64,000 nt of DNA, from contig CM059432.1 of the NCBI GenBank assembly GCA_030390025.1, positions 14,324,001-14,388,000 of the forward strand. Direction: 5' to 3'. Below are positions 36,246 to 48,693 of this stretch, in pieces. Numbering within the stretch: the stretch's first letter is position 1; every line of letters begins with the position of its first letter. The stretch comes from Squalus acanthias. Its lineage: Eukaryota. Both the position numbers and the translations under genes were made by a program. The notes beneath the pieces were generated by a model. It ran no database searches. It was not told the origin of the DNA and saw nothing but the letters and a program-made list of their open reading frames with translations.

Positions 36246-38442
36246 ATAGAGTAAACAGCCATTTGTGCCATTTCTCCAGGGTTTCCGACAATCTTCCACT
36301 TAAGTTATAACTGGAGAGCAGTAGAATCCCCGTGGAAATTACTGACGCATATATCTAACTCCAACTGGTGCATCGTGCATGTAATCTTATGGTGCATTCT
36401 CAGCTTTTAAACAGGTATCGCTGTGCCTATCTCTGTCTTTAGTCTAGTTCTGTCTTACAGTTATAAGAAAACGTAAATATTCTCATTACTATAAACACAA
36501 CACAAGTAATAATTAGAGCTTTTAAAATTCAACTCACTTGTTTAATTATTTGAAAAAATAATGCAAATTAGGATAAAGAAAGACACTCTGTGTGTCTCTC
36601 CCTGTTTCTTTATGCCTGATAGCTGTTAGTAATTAAAATGTTTACATTTCCTAACTAATCGACAAATCTCAGGTGACAATCAAAGGCTATCTGGTTAACA
36701 TAACACTGGTGATAATTAGAGGTAGTTTGCTTCTAAATCAAATATTTTTTGGAAAATTAACTCAAATTAGGATTATGCCGTTTCTCAGGGGTTTGCGCCG
36801 ATCTTCTGCCAATCAGGAGAACCTCCATGGAAATTCTACTCCTCTGTCTCTCTCAGCTTAATGCACCTTCTGAAGAACACAAAATAAAAGCTACAACAGG
36901 TGTGTAATAAGCAGTCATTTTCTTTCTCACTCTCACAGACACAAGCAAAACCTGTTTAAAAAAAAGTCCTTTTTTAAAAAAGTTCAATTTAAAACTTACT
37001 TGAATAACATTTTTAAATTTTGTCTTCTACCTTTTCTTTCAATTTTGAATAAAAACTAAATGGATTCTGATCAATACTAAAGAAGAATATTCCAGCAGAT
37101 CTGCTACTGAATGGTATTAATGCATCCTGGGAAATCAAGCACACTGCACATGCTCAGACTGTACTTAGTAATATAGAAATTGCTAGACGAAACAAGACTA
37201 AGATCCATCTAGTTCGCCTTCTACCATCCTGGTAGTTGCATGACACAATGATAATTCAGTCGCATGGTACAATCCAAATTCAGCTCATGGCATCACAGGT
37301 CTGGGCAAAAATATCAAGCCAAGTGTTTTAGGAAGGACTGAGGCCTTCAAGGAAAATCTTTAATGAAGGGATTAAAAGACACAAAAGACAATTCAGTGGT
37401 TAAGTTTAATCATGCTATTGTGAACTATGTTTAAGCCCTTATTTTGGACATTAGAAATTTCAATTACTGAGAAAAAATTGGTGGCAGAAAAAATTTCAAA
37501 ACGCATTTTGAGCAATCACCTAGTGGTGAGAGTTATAGTCTGACAAGTTTGTATAGGTGGTTTCCATGATAAATGTAAACACAGGAATTTATAATGCTAA
37601 AAAGTTGATATAAAATGTGTCTGAAAAGATGGCAACAGTGTGGTTTATTTCAGTTATATATAAAAGGGCACTCGCTTATAGTTTTCACAGAATAAAGTTC
37701 AGAGTGATGGAATTTAAGGCAAAGCACTAGCAAAAATTTCAGAATACCATGTGTGGTAACACAATACAGCTTCCTGTGACTTGAACTTTATTACATCACT
37801 TCCTGTGATTAGTCCAGGATAAATACTGGGCTGATCAGTTGGATCCTGGAGAGGCATAGAGTAAGACCTCTTTTGTATGTAGCACCTTTTTAGTTGATTA
37901 AAGCTTACTTTAAGTTCACCACGCGTAAGGCTCATTCTTACGACACCATGTTCTTTTACTGATACCAACTTTTATCTCCAGATTTCTTTTAAAACTGAAT
38001 TTAAATTTTCAAACTGTGACAGTGGAATTTGAACCAGTGGAATTTGAACTCACATTGTCTGGATTATTAGTCCAGGCCTCTGAATTATTAGTCCAGTAAA
38101 ATAACGATTACACTACTAAAGTCCATTTTGTATTCAGATATTAATGCTTGTGTTTCACTTTCTCCGGCTTGTGGGTGACGTTCCTGTGGGTTGTATTCAC
38201 AAACATTAGCAACGAATGCATTAAGGTGTTGAATTTCTGAAATTTGTTCTACCCGCTATTTATTATTTAAAACAGGATACTGCTTTCACTAAATTATCAG
38301 ACTAAGGCATTTCATAATGGATGTACAAACCCGCCGGTTACTAATATTGCAAGGACAGATTTCAACATATTGGTGTCCTAGTTCTGGGTCTACTCCTGCT
38401 TTCTCAGGGTCCTGTTTATTGGTGGTCTTACTATCCTGTAGC

Positions 38443-38565
38443 CAAGGTTCCCCCTAATTTTTTTGGGTGCGCGGCCCATTCGAAATTTCGCGCTCTCCTA
38501 TTGAAAAGCCGGTAAACGGCCTGTGAGGGACTTGCGGACAGCTGCGCGGCTTAGCGGGAACGCTG
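38443..38565. mobile_element. 123-bp hAT-type MITE
   Basis: TIRs caaggttccccctaa / ttagcgggaacgctg; 8-bp TSD cctgtagc / cctgtagg (7/8). Confidence 0.8.
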
Positions 38566-39091
38566 CCTGTAGGTACACGGCGTCAGAAAAGTAGTACGAG
38601 GTGGGGGTTTGTGGTCGATATCCATTTTCCCCGGAGTCTAAAGGTGAGTACTTGTGCACATCAGTTTAGTAAGCGGGCACATGTTCTGAACCAAAACCCT
38701 GATTAAATACAGTATTCTCATGTAAATTCAAGATTTTCTTTCAAATGTTTTAATCAGAAGATTTTCAGGTTTGTCAGGTTGAAGTTGAGAACATGCAAAC
38801 CAGGACAATAAATGGAGATACGTGCAACAGTTCCCTATTGGTGACTACAGCTAAAACCAAAAACATCCAGAATTGGCAATGTCAACCTAAGGTATGAAAC
38901 AGCCTCTGGACAAAGAGCATGTGAAAAAAAGAAGCAAATTCTAGCTTTCTTTCTGCCATAATTCCAAGGTTATCATTTCCCCCACTTCTTGGGGGAAGAT
39001 TTCCTCTGATCACTGCCTGCTAGTGATATCGTAAATGTAGTGGGGACATTCCCTGGGGGGGGTGAATGTTCATATTCATTGGAGTAGTGAC

Positions 39092-39540
39092 AAAGAAAAT
39101 AGACTTGCATTTATACAGCGCCATTCACAACCACCGGACGTCTCAAAGCGCTTTACAGCCAATTAAGTACTTTTGGAGTGAAGTCACTGTTGTAATGTGG
39201 AAAACGCGGCAGCTAATTTGCGCACAGCAAGCTCCCACAAACAGCAATGCGATAATGACCAGATAATTGAAGGATAAATATTGGCTAGGACACTGGGGAT
39301 AACTCCCCTGCCCTTCTTCGAAATAGTGCCATGGGATGTTTTACGTCCACCTGAGAGAGCAGACGGGGCCTCGGTTTAACGTCTCATCCGAAAGACGGCA
39401 CCTCCGACAGTGCAGCACTCCCTCAGCACTGCACTGGAGCGTCAGCCTAGATTTTTGTGCTCAAGTCTCTGGAGTGGGACTTAGAGCCCACAACCTTCTG
39501 ACTCAGAGGCGAGGGTGCTACCCACTGAGCCACGGCTGAC
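39092..39540 (-). mobile_element. Deu-domain SINE (SacSINE1-like), near full length
   Basis: tRNA head gtcagccgtggctcagtggg, Deu core tgtcggaggtgccgtctttcggatgagacgttaaaccgagg, L2-like tail ggcgctgtataaatgcaagtc. Confidence 0.88.
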
Positions 39541-39609
39541 ACACTGGGCGTAAAACCTACGTAAAATCTGATCAATCTGTTGCAGTACATTGAAATTAGA
39601 GTGCAGCCT

Positions 39610-39950
39610 TTAAATCTGCTGGTGGGCTGACTTCTTACAGAAATCCCCTGTGGCTGCCTGAAAAGAGCCGTAACAGTTGAGTGCTGTGGTCACCTTCATA
39701 GCCACAGAGAAATCAGTGCAGGCAGAGGAGCCTGGCTGCAGGTTCTCATGCAGTAGGTGACAGCGTTGCCCTACTGCCTCTTTGGTGAAGCTCAGTCTTC
39801 TCACACATGTCGTCTCATATGGTGTGTGCTGCCTGTATATTCTATGGCAAGGATAGTATCTGGTGAGGTGCATCCTCCTTAGAAATGCTGCCTAACTGTC
39901 CTTTGCTCTATCCTGCACTGCTCTTCTTCCTCCTCCATGACACTGGAATA
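39610..39950 (-). mobile_element. Harbinger (HARBI1-type) transposase N-terminal pseudogenic fragment
   Basis: RYYPCHRIYRQHTPYETTCVRRLSFTKEAVGQRCHLLHENLQP..VAMKVTTALNCYGSFQAATGD matches the recalled C..RLRF.K..V..LC.LL..DLQP..V.VKVT.ALNF.ASGSFQ..GD pattern. Confidence 0.8.
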
Positions 39951-39952
39951 CA

Positions 39953-40220
39953 AAGGTATTCCCTGGTTGGGAAGTCTAGAACCAGGGGCCACAGTCTCAA
40001 AATAAGGGGTTGGCCATTTAGGACTGAGATGAGGAGAAATTTCTTCACTCAGAGGGTGGTGAATGTTTGGAATTCTCTACCCCAGAGGGCTGTGGAAGCT
40101 CAGTTGTTGATTATATTCAAGCCAGAGATCGATAGTTCAGGAAAGTGGAGATGAGGTAGAAGATCAGCCATGATCTTATTGAAGGGCCAAATGGCCTACT
40201 CCTGCTCCTATTTCTTATGC
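39953..40220 (+). mobile_element. CR1-type LINE 3' fragment inserted near the transposase start
   Basis: KSRTRGHSLKIRGWPFRTEMRRNFFTQRVVNVWNSLPQRAVEA. Confidence 0.88.
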
Positions 40221-40802
40221 CCATAGGGGATGTCATACCTGTTGCTGAGACTGCGGTTAGGGGGGTGAAAATCTGCTGGTGGGCTGACTCTCTCACAAGC
40301 ATTGAGAAGCAAGTCCAGGTGTATACGCAGAATGGCAAAAAGTGCTTCCCAGCTGCAAAAATTGCAACTGAAACTCTCCAGAATCTTCAGAATCAGCAAC
40401 CCCTCACTTACATATAAAATGAAGGCGGATCATGGGAAGGGGCAAAAAGCATGAGGGCGCTCTGGGGGGAGTGATTTTATAGAGGAACACTGGCCGACAT
40501 AGCGTGTGCCCAATTTTCCTGCCACAAAAAAATGCACTTGCATCTTTTATAGTGCCTATCGCGACCTCAGGACGTCCCAAAGGGCTTTACAGCCAGTGAA
40601 GTACTTTTCTTGAAGTGTAGTCACTGTTGTAGCGTAGGAATTAAGCACTGGAAATATGACGAAAATGGTGAGGAAATTCACCCCACCCCCGCCATGTTAG
40701 TTATTTCTCGCGAAACCGTTAATGTGCCTGAAAGAACCGATTTATGATTTCACTGACAAATAGTGACGAGAGGAAATCTTTCCCTATTGTGTATGACATG
40801 TA

Positions 40803-41240
40803 TTGAGCAGGTTGGGCCTATACTCATTGGAGTTTAGAAGAATGAGAGGGGATCTTATTGAAACATATAAGATTCTGAAGGGGCTTGACAGGGTAGATGC
40901 AGAGAGGATGTTTCCCCTCGTGGAGGAATCTAGAACTAGGGGGCATCATTTCAGAATAAGGGGGCACCCTTTTAAAACGGAAATGAGGAGGAATTTCTGC
41001 TCTCAGAGGGTCGTGAATCTTTGGAATTCTCTTCCCCAGAGAGCTGTGGAGGCTGGGTCATTGAATATATTTAAGGTGGAGATACACAGATTTTTGAATG
41101 GTAAGAGAGTGATGGGTTATGGGGAGCGGGCAGGGAAGTAGAGTTGAGGCCAAGATCAGATCAGCCATGATCTCATTGAATGGCGGAGCAGGCTCGAGGG
41201 GCCAAATTACCTACTCCTGCTCCTACGTTTATGTTCTTAC
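40803..41240 (+). mobile_element. CR1-type LINE 3' fragment
   Basis: LGLYSLEFRRMRGDLIETYKILKGLDRVDAERMFPL...QRVVNLWNSLPQ. Confidence 0.92.
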
Positions 41241-41544
41241 GACATTTCAGTACCACACTATTATTCTCATGTCGGTTACTTTCTGTTAAATGTAAGGTTG
41301 CATCTGCTGCCCTGGATGGTAAAGATTTCATGACGTTTATTATGAAGAACAGTATAGCTCATTCCCCCTGTTCTGACGAAAGGTCATCGACCCAGAACGT
41401 TAGCTCTGTTGCTCTCTCCACGGATGCTGCCTGACCCGCTGACTGCTTCCAGCATTTTCTGTTCCAATTTCAGATTTCCAGCATCCGCGGTATTTTGCTC
41501 TGGTGTCATTCCCCCCTTTCCCTCTGACTCGCTTGATCCTGCAA

Positions 41545-41728
41545 ACAAGATGCGCTATTGAGCAACTCCTTCATTGCAAGCCACCCCTTCATGTACTGCA
41601 CATCCACTCTTTCCCACATTACAACAGTGACTCCACTTCAAAGAGTACTTCATTGGCTGTAAGGCGCTTTGAGATGTCCGGTGGTCGTGAAAGGCGCTGT
41701 ATAAATGCAAGTCTTTCTTTCTTTCTCT
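41545..41728 (+). mobile_element. Deu-domain SINE 3' fragment
   Basis: Reverse complement of the 39092-39220 tail. Confidence 0.75.
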
Positions 41729-41915
41729 GCATAAATGCAGTGACCATTCCACCGAGAGTAGCGATGGGTGCACTGCCAAACTTTAGGAGTCAATGGAGTT
41801 TATTTTTTTTGCGCAGCATTAAGTAACCCGCTTCAACCGCAGACGGACTTTTCAGTACAATGTGTTTTTTCTGCCCCCACCCCCCCACCCAACCAAGCTC
41901 CTCCTTTTTACCCAC

Positions 41916-42167
41916 CTGCTCCAGTTTGCCATGTAGCTCCTTCATCTGCCATTCCCACTCGCGTCGCTCTCGGTCGAACCTGTCCAGCAGCTCCACCTTC
42001 TCACGGTTCCAGTTCTTTTCAGAGTGCTGCAGCTGCCAGTGGAGATCCATGACCTGACTGTGACTGTCGGCCAGCAGTTTCCGGTGCTCCTCCCGCTCCC
42101 GCTTGAACACTTCTTTGGGATCATCGGAGCCCTTCTTGCCGGACTGGTTTCCGACCCCCTCTTCAAA
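41916..42167 (-). CDS. MTCL1: MTCL1 coding exon, 252 nt, phase 0-0 (coiled coil)
   Basis: Acceptor T-tract..GTGGCAG|TTT, donor [60 protein letters not shown] is the highly conserved SOGA/MTCL segment. Confidence 0.95.
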
Positions 42168-42274
42168 CTGCCACATAAAAAAAAAATGCAGTTTTCAAAA
42201 TAGCAAAAAAAATTACAAGTGGTAAGTGCTGAAGTATTTCTTCAATTCTAACATTAGGAACTCGCTTTTAAAAT

Positions 42275-42648
42275 TACAACAACAACAACTTGTATTTACA
42301 TAGCGCCTTTAACGTAGTAAAACGTCCCAAGGCGCTTCACAGGAGCGTAATAAAACAAAACTTGACACCGAGCCACATGAGGAGAAATTAGGGCAGGCGA
42401 CCAAAAATTGTTCAAAGAGGGAGGTTTTAAGGAGCCTCTTAAAGGAGGAAAGAGAGGTAGAGAGGCGGAGAGGTTTAGGGAGGGAATTCCAGAGCTTAGG
42501 GCCTCGGCAACAAAAGGCACGACCGCCAAAGGTTGAGCGATTATAATCAGGGGTTTTCAAGAGGGCAGAATTAGAGGAGCGCAGATATCTCGGGGGGTTG
42601 TGGGGCTGGAGGAGATTACAGAGATAGGGAGGGGCGAGGGCCATGGAG
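42275..42648 (-). mobile_element. L2-clade LINE 3' fragment
   Basis: LAPPYLCNLLQPHNPPRYLRSSNSALL..GGRAF..GPKLWNSLP; (CAA)n on the plus strand. Confidence 0.9.
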
Positions 42649-42994
42649 AAGCTAATAAAAGCCTGACAGGCTTAGTTGCACCAAGCGCTTAGTGGGTAAA
42701 TGCTCCAGCTGAGTGAGACAGACCAGGAGGGTTCCCAGGTTCAATCCTCAATTAGTGCTATATAAATGCAAGTTGTTGCTCAGTTAGCTGATGCCAGTGA
42801 GTGGAGCAGGAGAGGTGCCTGAATTGACCTTTGTGTCTTGGGTTAAGCACAGGAAATAAAATCAGCCAGGGTTCTTTCTTTTTATTGCTATCCAGTGATC
42901 CCTGCTGGAAAATATACATGCATGGGCAGTGAGCGATGACAGCATTGATCACAGGGTCTGCTGACATTCGTTGGGGGGGGAGGGGGGGTGCGCA

Positions 42995-43551
42995 GGGGGT
43001 CGAATTTAACTCCCGGGTGGGAATGCGGCCTAGCGAGCAGCCGGCCTGTCCGGGAGCGGTATCAGGGAGTCTCGGCCGATTTTATTGATTGGGCCACATT
43101 GGCACGTCGCTTGGCAACATCCTGCCCCAAACGGCCGGGGGAGGGGGGGGAAAGCCAAGGACAGGGAACCCCCGAGGTGTTCTTGCGGGACCTGGAGGAG
43201 CAATCCTGCTCCTCTTGGCCCACATCGAAACGTCTAATAACTTAATTTAAAGCTGACCTTACTGGACCTCTTCCGGCTCTCGATGGAGCTCCTGACAGCT
43301 TTGGCCTGGTGGGGAAGCAACCCATTGTTCAGGCCTCAGGTAAAATTAGCAGTCGGGCTCCGATGATGTCATCGGAGCCTGATCTGCATATTTCAAGACT
43401 TCCAGCGGGTGCCTTTGCCACCCGCAATTTAAAACTGCAATCGGCCAGATTGGGGCGGGGAAGTGAGTGGGTGAGTCCCCCCACTCCATTTTGACTGCCC
43501 GCCCCCACCGGTCTGGTTTCCACCAAGGCCGGGGGGGGTGTAAAATTCCCC
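42995..43551. mobile_element. GC-rich TIR element inserted in an AmnSINE2-like copy
   Basis: Ends ggggtcgaatttaactccc / gggtgtaaaattccccc. SINE sequence resumes at about 43552. Confidence 0.65.
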
Positions 43552-44014
43552 TCTCATTGCCTATGCTCAGACATGAAGAATGACCAGCTGGGTTCAGTAC
43601 CCTGAGGGCTGCTGATACCCATGCAACCCTACCCCCTAACAAGAGAGCCAGCACCTCCAGGTGAGGAGGGACGAAATTGGGTGGAAAAAGTCTGAGAGCG
43701 TGGTGGACCTTCACTTTTATGTGTCCACCCCTTCAAAGGGCCACTGTCACACTCAGTACAGCAGTAACGTTACCGGCTCCTGTGAAATTTCATTCGCAAT
43801 GTAGCTTTCGATATTAAGTGATGGCTTTTTAACAATTAATTCTTTAAAGCTGTAGTTGATCTGTGCTATTTCTTCAGAGAATATGACAAGTATGCGGAGC
43901 TAAACTGCACACAACGGGGGATGAGAGAAGTGTACCTGGACCGATCTTCACACAGTTCTGAAGGGTTTTCCTTCCACTGCTTACGTACTGATCAATGAGA
44001 ATGTTGCCAGTTAC

Positions 44015-44182
44015 CTGGGCCAGTTGACATTTTTGCTCGGTGTATTCCATTTCCCAGGCAGCTTTCTCATTAGCATACTGCTGCTGTAGTTCATAGCGCC
44101 GCTTCTCCTCATCCCCGAGCTCAGCACCAAACTGCTCCAAAATAGACTTCAGAGCAATCAGAATCCTTCGGTTTTCTCTGGC
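44015..44182 (-). CDS. MTCL1: MTCL1 coding exon, 168 nt, phase 0-0 (coiled coil)
   Basis: Acceptor TTTCTGCAG|GCC, donor CAG|GTAACT. ARENRRILIALKSILEQFGAELGDEEKRRYELQQQYANEKAAWEMEYTEQKCQLAQ matches recalled LQQQYASDKAAWDVEW..KCRLEQ. Confidence 0.93.
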
Positions 44183-44201
44183 CTGCAGAAATGAGGAACT
44201 C

Positions 44202-44930
44202 ACATAGAATTACACTGAACATACAGCACAGGAATCATAGAATCTTACCGCACAGAAGGAGGCCATTCAGCCCATAGTGCCTGTGTTCGGCTCTTTGAAA
44301 GAGCTATCGAATAGTCCCACTTCCCTGCTCTTTCCCCATAGCCCTGCAAGTTTCTCCTTTTCAACTGGTCCATGCCAGTGTTGATGCTCCACACGAGCCT
44401 CCTCCCACCCCTCTTCGCATTTATATAGCGCCTTTAACGTAGTAAAATGTCCCATGGTGCTTTACAGGAGGGTTATCAAACAAAATTTGACACCAAGGCA
44501 TATAAGGAGATATTTGGGCAGACTTGGTCAAAGAGGTAGGTTTTAAGGAGCCTCTTAAAGGAGGAAAGAGAGGTGGAGGGGTTGAGGCAGGGAATTCCAG
44601 AGCTTAGGGCCTCGGCAGCAGAAGGCACGGCCGCCAATGGTGGAGCGATTAAAATTGGGGATGCGCAAGAGGCCAGAATTAGAGGAGCGTAGAGATCTCA
44701 GAGGGTTGTGGGGCTGGAGGAGGTTACCGAGATAGAGAGGGGCGAGGCCATGGAGGGATTTGAAAACAAGGATGAGAATTTTAAAATCAAGGCGTTGCTT
44801 AACCGGGAGCCAATGTAGGTCAGCAAGCACAGGGATGATGGATGAATCTAACCTGTTAGCATATCCTTCTATTTCTTTCTCCCTCGTGTGTTTATCTAGC
44901 TTCTCCTTAAATGCATCGATGCATTTTGCC
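44202..44930 (-). mobile_element. Composite: CR1 3' end interrupted by a second CR1 tail (about 44233-44362) and an L2 fragment (about 44416-44845)
   Basis: CR1 text (..ccacacgagcctcctcccacccctcttc | atctaacctgttagcatatcc..) resumes after the L2 segment, as in the uninterrupted copy 56915-57226. Confidence 0.8.
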
Positions 44931-45759
44931 ATAGTTAGCTGTTTTTTAAAATGGGTCATGGATTTCTCGGGTCCTTCCCCAATTTTCTGTGCCCTTCATT
45001 TTATTCCTTTTCCTCCTGAAGACGGTGACTCTAGCTGGATGACAATTCCATGGACAATGACAGGCCTATGTAGTCATTCTTTGTGTGACGTGACGAGTAA
45101 CAGGTATTAGGCAGACTATTTAACCACGGAGGTCATTGTATCCAAGTCTGATCCTATCCTAACCCCAACACCCACATGAACATCCCAGCAGGGTTCACTT
45201 CAGGAGTGGGAACCCAGGATCACTTTCCTCGCTCCTGGCCAGAGGCACTAAAGCCAATCCTAACTGTTAACTGCTGCCATCGTGGAACTGTTTTAACACA
45301 AAACTTACAGTAACACTTGTGCATGGAGTTTTGCAACAATATACAGGATTTCTCCTATTGGTTGTCAAGTATAGTTCTCTTGTACTCGATTTACTAATTA
45401 CTCAAAATGAGATCCAAAAGCCAAAAGTCAACTAGCGATGCTACACTTAATGTATATCACCACATTTCTGTGTAGCCTTGATAATATCCACAAGACGGTC
45501 TAAAGCTTTGCTGAAGGTACAGCTCACAAAATCAAATGGGGTGAGGCCTGCCTTAATAAAGGAGTCTTTATGGGTATTGCGCCACACAGAACAGGAGTTT
45601 CCCTGGTTCAATTCCTGTTCTGAGCTGAGTTTTCTGACATCAGCCAGGGACGACAGTTGAGAAACTGCAATTTGTCTCAGTGTCCCTGGGCTAGGGAAGA
45701 TAGAAAGAAAAAAAACAAATTGCCAGGGTTCCGGCTCCAGATCGCGGTCCAGCGGCCTA

Positions 45760-46090
45760 TTTCTTTATTCATTCAAGGGATGTGGGCGTCGCTGGCAAGG
45801 CCAACATTTATTGCCCATCCCTAATTGCCCTTGAGAAGGTGGTGGTGAGCTGCCGCCTTGAACCGCTGCAGTCCTTGTGGTGAAGGTACTCCCACAGTGC
45901 TGTTAGGGAGGGAGATCCAGGATTTTGACCCTGCGACGATGAAGGATCGGCGATTATATTTCCAAGTCAGGATGGTGTGTGACTTGGAGGGGAACTTGGA
46001 GGTGGTGGTGTTCCCATGCGCCTGCTGCCCTTGTCCTTCTAGGTGGAAGAGTCGCGGGTTTGGGAGGTGCTGCAATGCATCTTGTAGATG
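45760..46090 (-). mobile_element. Third-family LINE 3' fragment
   Basis: Near-identical to 14000-14350 and to the reverse complement of 48020-48360. Confidence 0.88.
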
Positions 46091-46737
46091 GTTTAGGGAT
46101 GTCCTGAGGTTGCGAAAGTTGCTATATAAATGCAAGTGTTTCTTTTTTTCAGTAAAGTTAGGCCTTTTTGTGAATCTGTAAGGACTGTAATGTTTCGGTG
46201 TTGGTCATGCTTGCTCTCACACAAAAATCCTTCAGATGGGATACAAGGCTGCTTTGATGTCTGAGACGTAATGAATAGTATCTCAATTAGTGCTTTACTG
46301 TGAACAGAGATTATGCTTGTAGTCAGTGCAGTGCATGTAGACAACATAGACATGTTTTGCACTCTTGGACTTTGCAGTGTCAAAAGCATCACATAGGTCT
46401 CACTGTGGCCTGGCTTGGTCCTTTATATTTCAAATCAAATATTTTGAAATCTATTTCAACATAAGATCTTGAACTGCCAAATAACCTGCAAATAGCAAGA
46501 CTTGGCTATGATACTTGCCATAGAAAACATCTTGCTGACCCAAATTCTATGCTCGTATATTAAGAATGGCATTTCAGGTGAGGGAATGGAGAGCTTCTTG
46601 TCTCCATGGAAACATACCCCAGCATGAGTCAGGAGAAAATTGGAAAATAATAAAAGAACCCTAAAGGCGATAAAAATATAATTCCGGGGGTGGGGGCATA
46701 TAACTCCAATGCTGCAACGTATAAAAGATTTGCATTT

Positions 46738-48372
46738 TAATGCTTCATATCAGCCTCCTCCTGAGGTCCCCACGATCACAGAAGCCAGTCTTCAGCCAAT
46801 TCGATTCACTCCACGTGATATCAAGAAACGGCTGAGCGCACTGGATACAGCAAAGGCTATGGGCCTCGACAACATCCCGGCTGCTCTGCTGAAGACTTGT
46901 GCTCCAGAACTGGCCGCGCCTCTAGCCAAGCTGTTCCAGTATAGCTATAACACTGGCATCTATCCGACAATGTGGAAAACTGCCCAGGTATGTCCTGTCC
47001 ATAAAAAGCAGGACAAATCCAATCTGGCCAATTTCCACCCCATCAGTCTACTCTCAATCATTAGCAAAGTGAGGGAAGGTGTTGTTGACAGTGCTATCAA
47101 GCAGCACTTACTCACCAATAACATGCTCACTGATGCCCAGTTTGGATTCCGCCAGGACCACTCGGCCTTGATCCAAACAAAAGAGCTGATTTCCAGAGGT
47201 GAGGTGAGAGTGACTGCCTTTGACATCAAGGCAGCATTTGACTGAGTGTGGCATCAAGGAGCCTTAGTAAAACTGAAGTCAATGGGAATCGGGGGGTAAA
47301 GTCTCCACTGGCTGGAGTCATACCTAGCACAAAGGAAGATGGTTGTGGTGGTTGGAGGTCAATCATCACAGCCCCAGGACATCACTGCTGGAGTTTCTCA
47401 GGGCAGAGTCCTAGGCCCAACCATCTTCAGCTGCTTCAATGGCCTATCCTCCATCATAAGGTCAGAAGTAGGGATGTTCGCTGATGACTGCATAGTGCCA
47501 TTCGCAACTCCTCAGATAATGAAGCAGTGCATGCCCGCATGTAGCAAGACCTGGATGACATTCATGCTTGGGCTGATAAGTGGCAGGTAACATTCACGCC
47601 ACACAAGTGCAGGCAATGACTATCTACAACAAGCGAGTGTCTAACCACCGCCCCTTGACATTCAATGGCATTACCATCGCCGAATCCCCCACCATCAATA
47701 TCCTGGGGGTCACCATTGACCAGAAACTTAACTGGACCAGCCACATAAATACTGTGGCAACAAGAGCAGGTCAGAGGCTAGGTATTCTGCGGTGAGTGTC
47801 ACACCTCCTGACTCCCCAAATCCTTTCCACCATCTACAAGGCACAAGTCAGGAGTGTGATGGAATACTTCCACTTGCCTGAATGAGTGCAGCTCCAACAA
47901 CACTCAAGAAGCTCGACGCCATCCAAGACATAGCAGCCCACTTGATTGGCACCCCATCCACCACCTTAAACATTCACTCTCTCCACCACCGACATACCGT
48001 GGCTGCAGTGTGTACCATCTACAAGATGCACTGCAGCAACTCGCCAAGGCTTCTTCGGCAGCACCTCCCAAACCCGTGACCTCTACCACCTAGAAGGACA
48101 AGGGCAGCAGGCGCATGGGAACACCACCACCTCCAAGTTCCCCTCCAAGTCACACACCATCCTGACTTGGAAATATATCGCCGTTCCGTCATCGTCGCTG
48201 GGTCAAAGTCCTGGAACTCCCTCCCTAACAGCACTGTGGGAGTACCTTCACCACACAGACTGCAGCGGTTCAAGAAGGCGGCTCACCACCACCTTCTCAA
48301 GGGCAATTAGGGATGGGTAATAAATGCTGGCCTTGTCAGCGACGCCCACATCTCAGGAACGAACAAAAAAAA
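46738..48372 (+). mobile_element. Third-family LINE, 5'-truncated RT plus 3' end
   Basis: KAMGLDNIP..WKTAQVCPVHKK..NFHPISLLS..QFGFR..FDIKAAFD..GVSQGRVLGP..FADD, with frameshifts. Confidence 0.92.
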
Positions 48373-48693
48373 ATATCATAAATTACTTTTAAGTACAATG
48401 ACTGTTACATAGTAAAATGTAACAGGAGTTTTGCAAACATAAAATTCCACATATGCCAATGAAATAAATGACCACTTAATCTGTTTCTGGTGGTGTCGGT
48501 TGAGGGATAGATGTTGGCCAGGGAACCGGGCGAACTGCCTGTGCTTTTTTTGAATAGCGCCATTGGATCTTTTAACATCCTCCTGAACAGAAAGAATGCA
48601 GTTCGGATTATTTCATCTGAGGGGCGGCCCCTCCAATAATCCAGCATCTCCTCAGTTTTACGCTGGCGTGTCATCCAGATTATGTGCTTAAAT

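Noticed and set aside
43730..43850. Possible alternative exon between the 168-nt and 252-nt exons
   Set aside because: Only faint peptide resemblance, in-frame stops and no clean splice sites.
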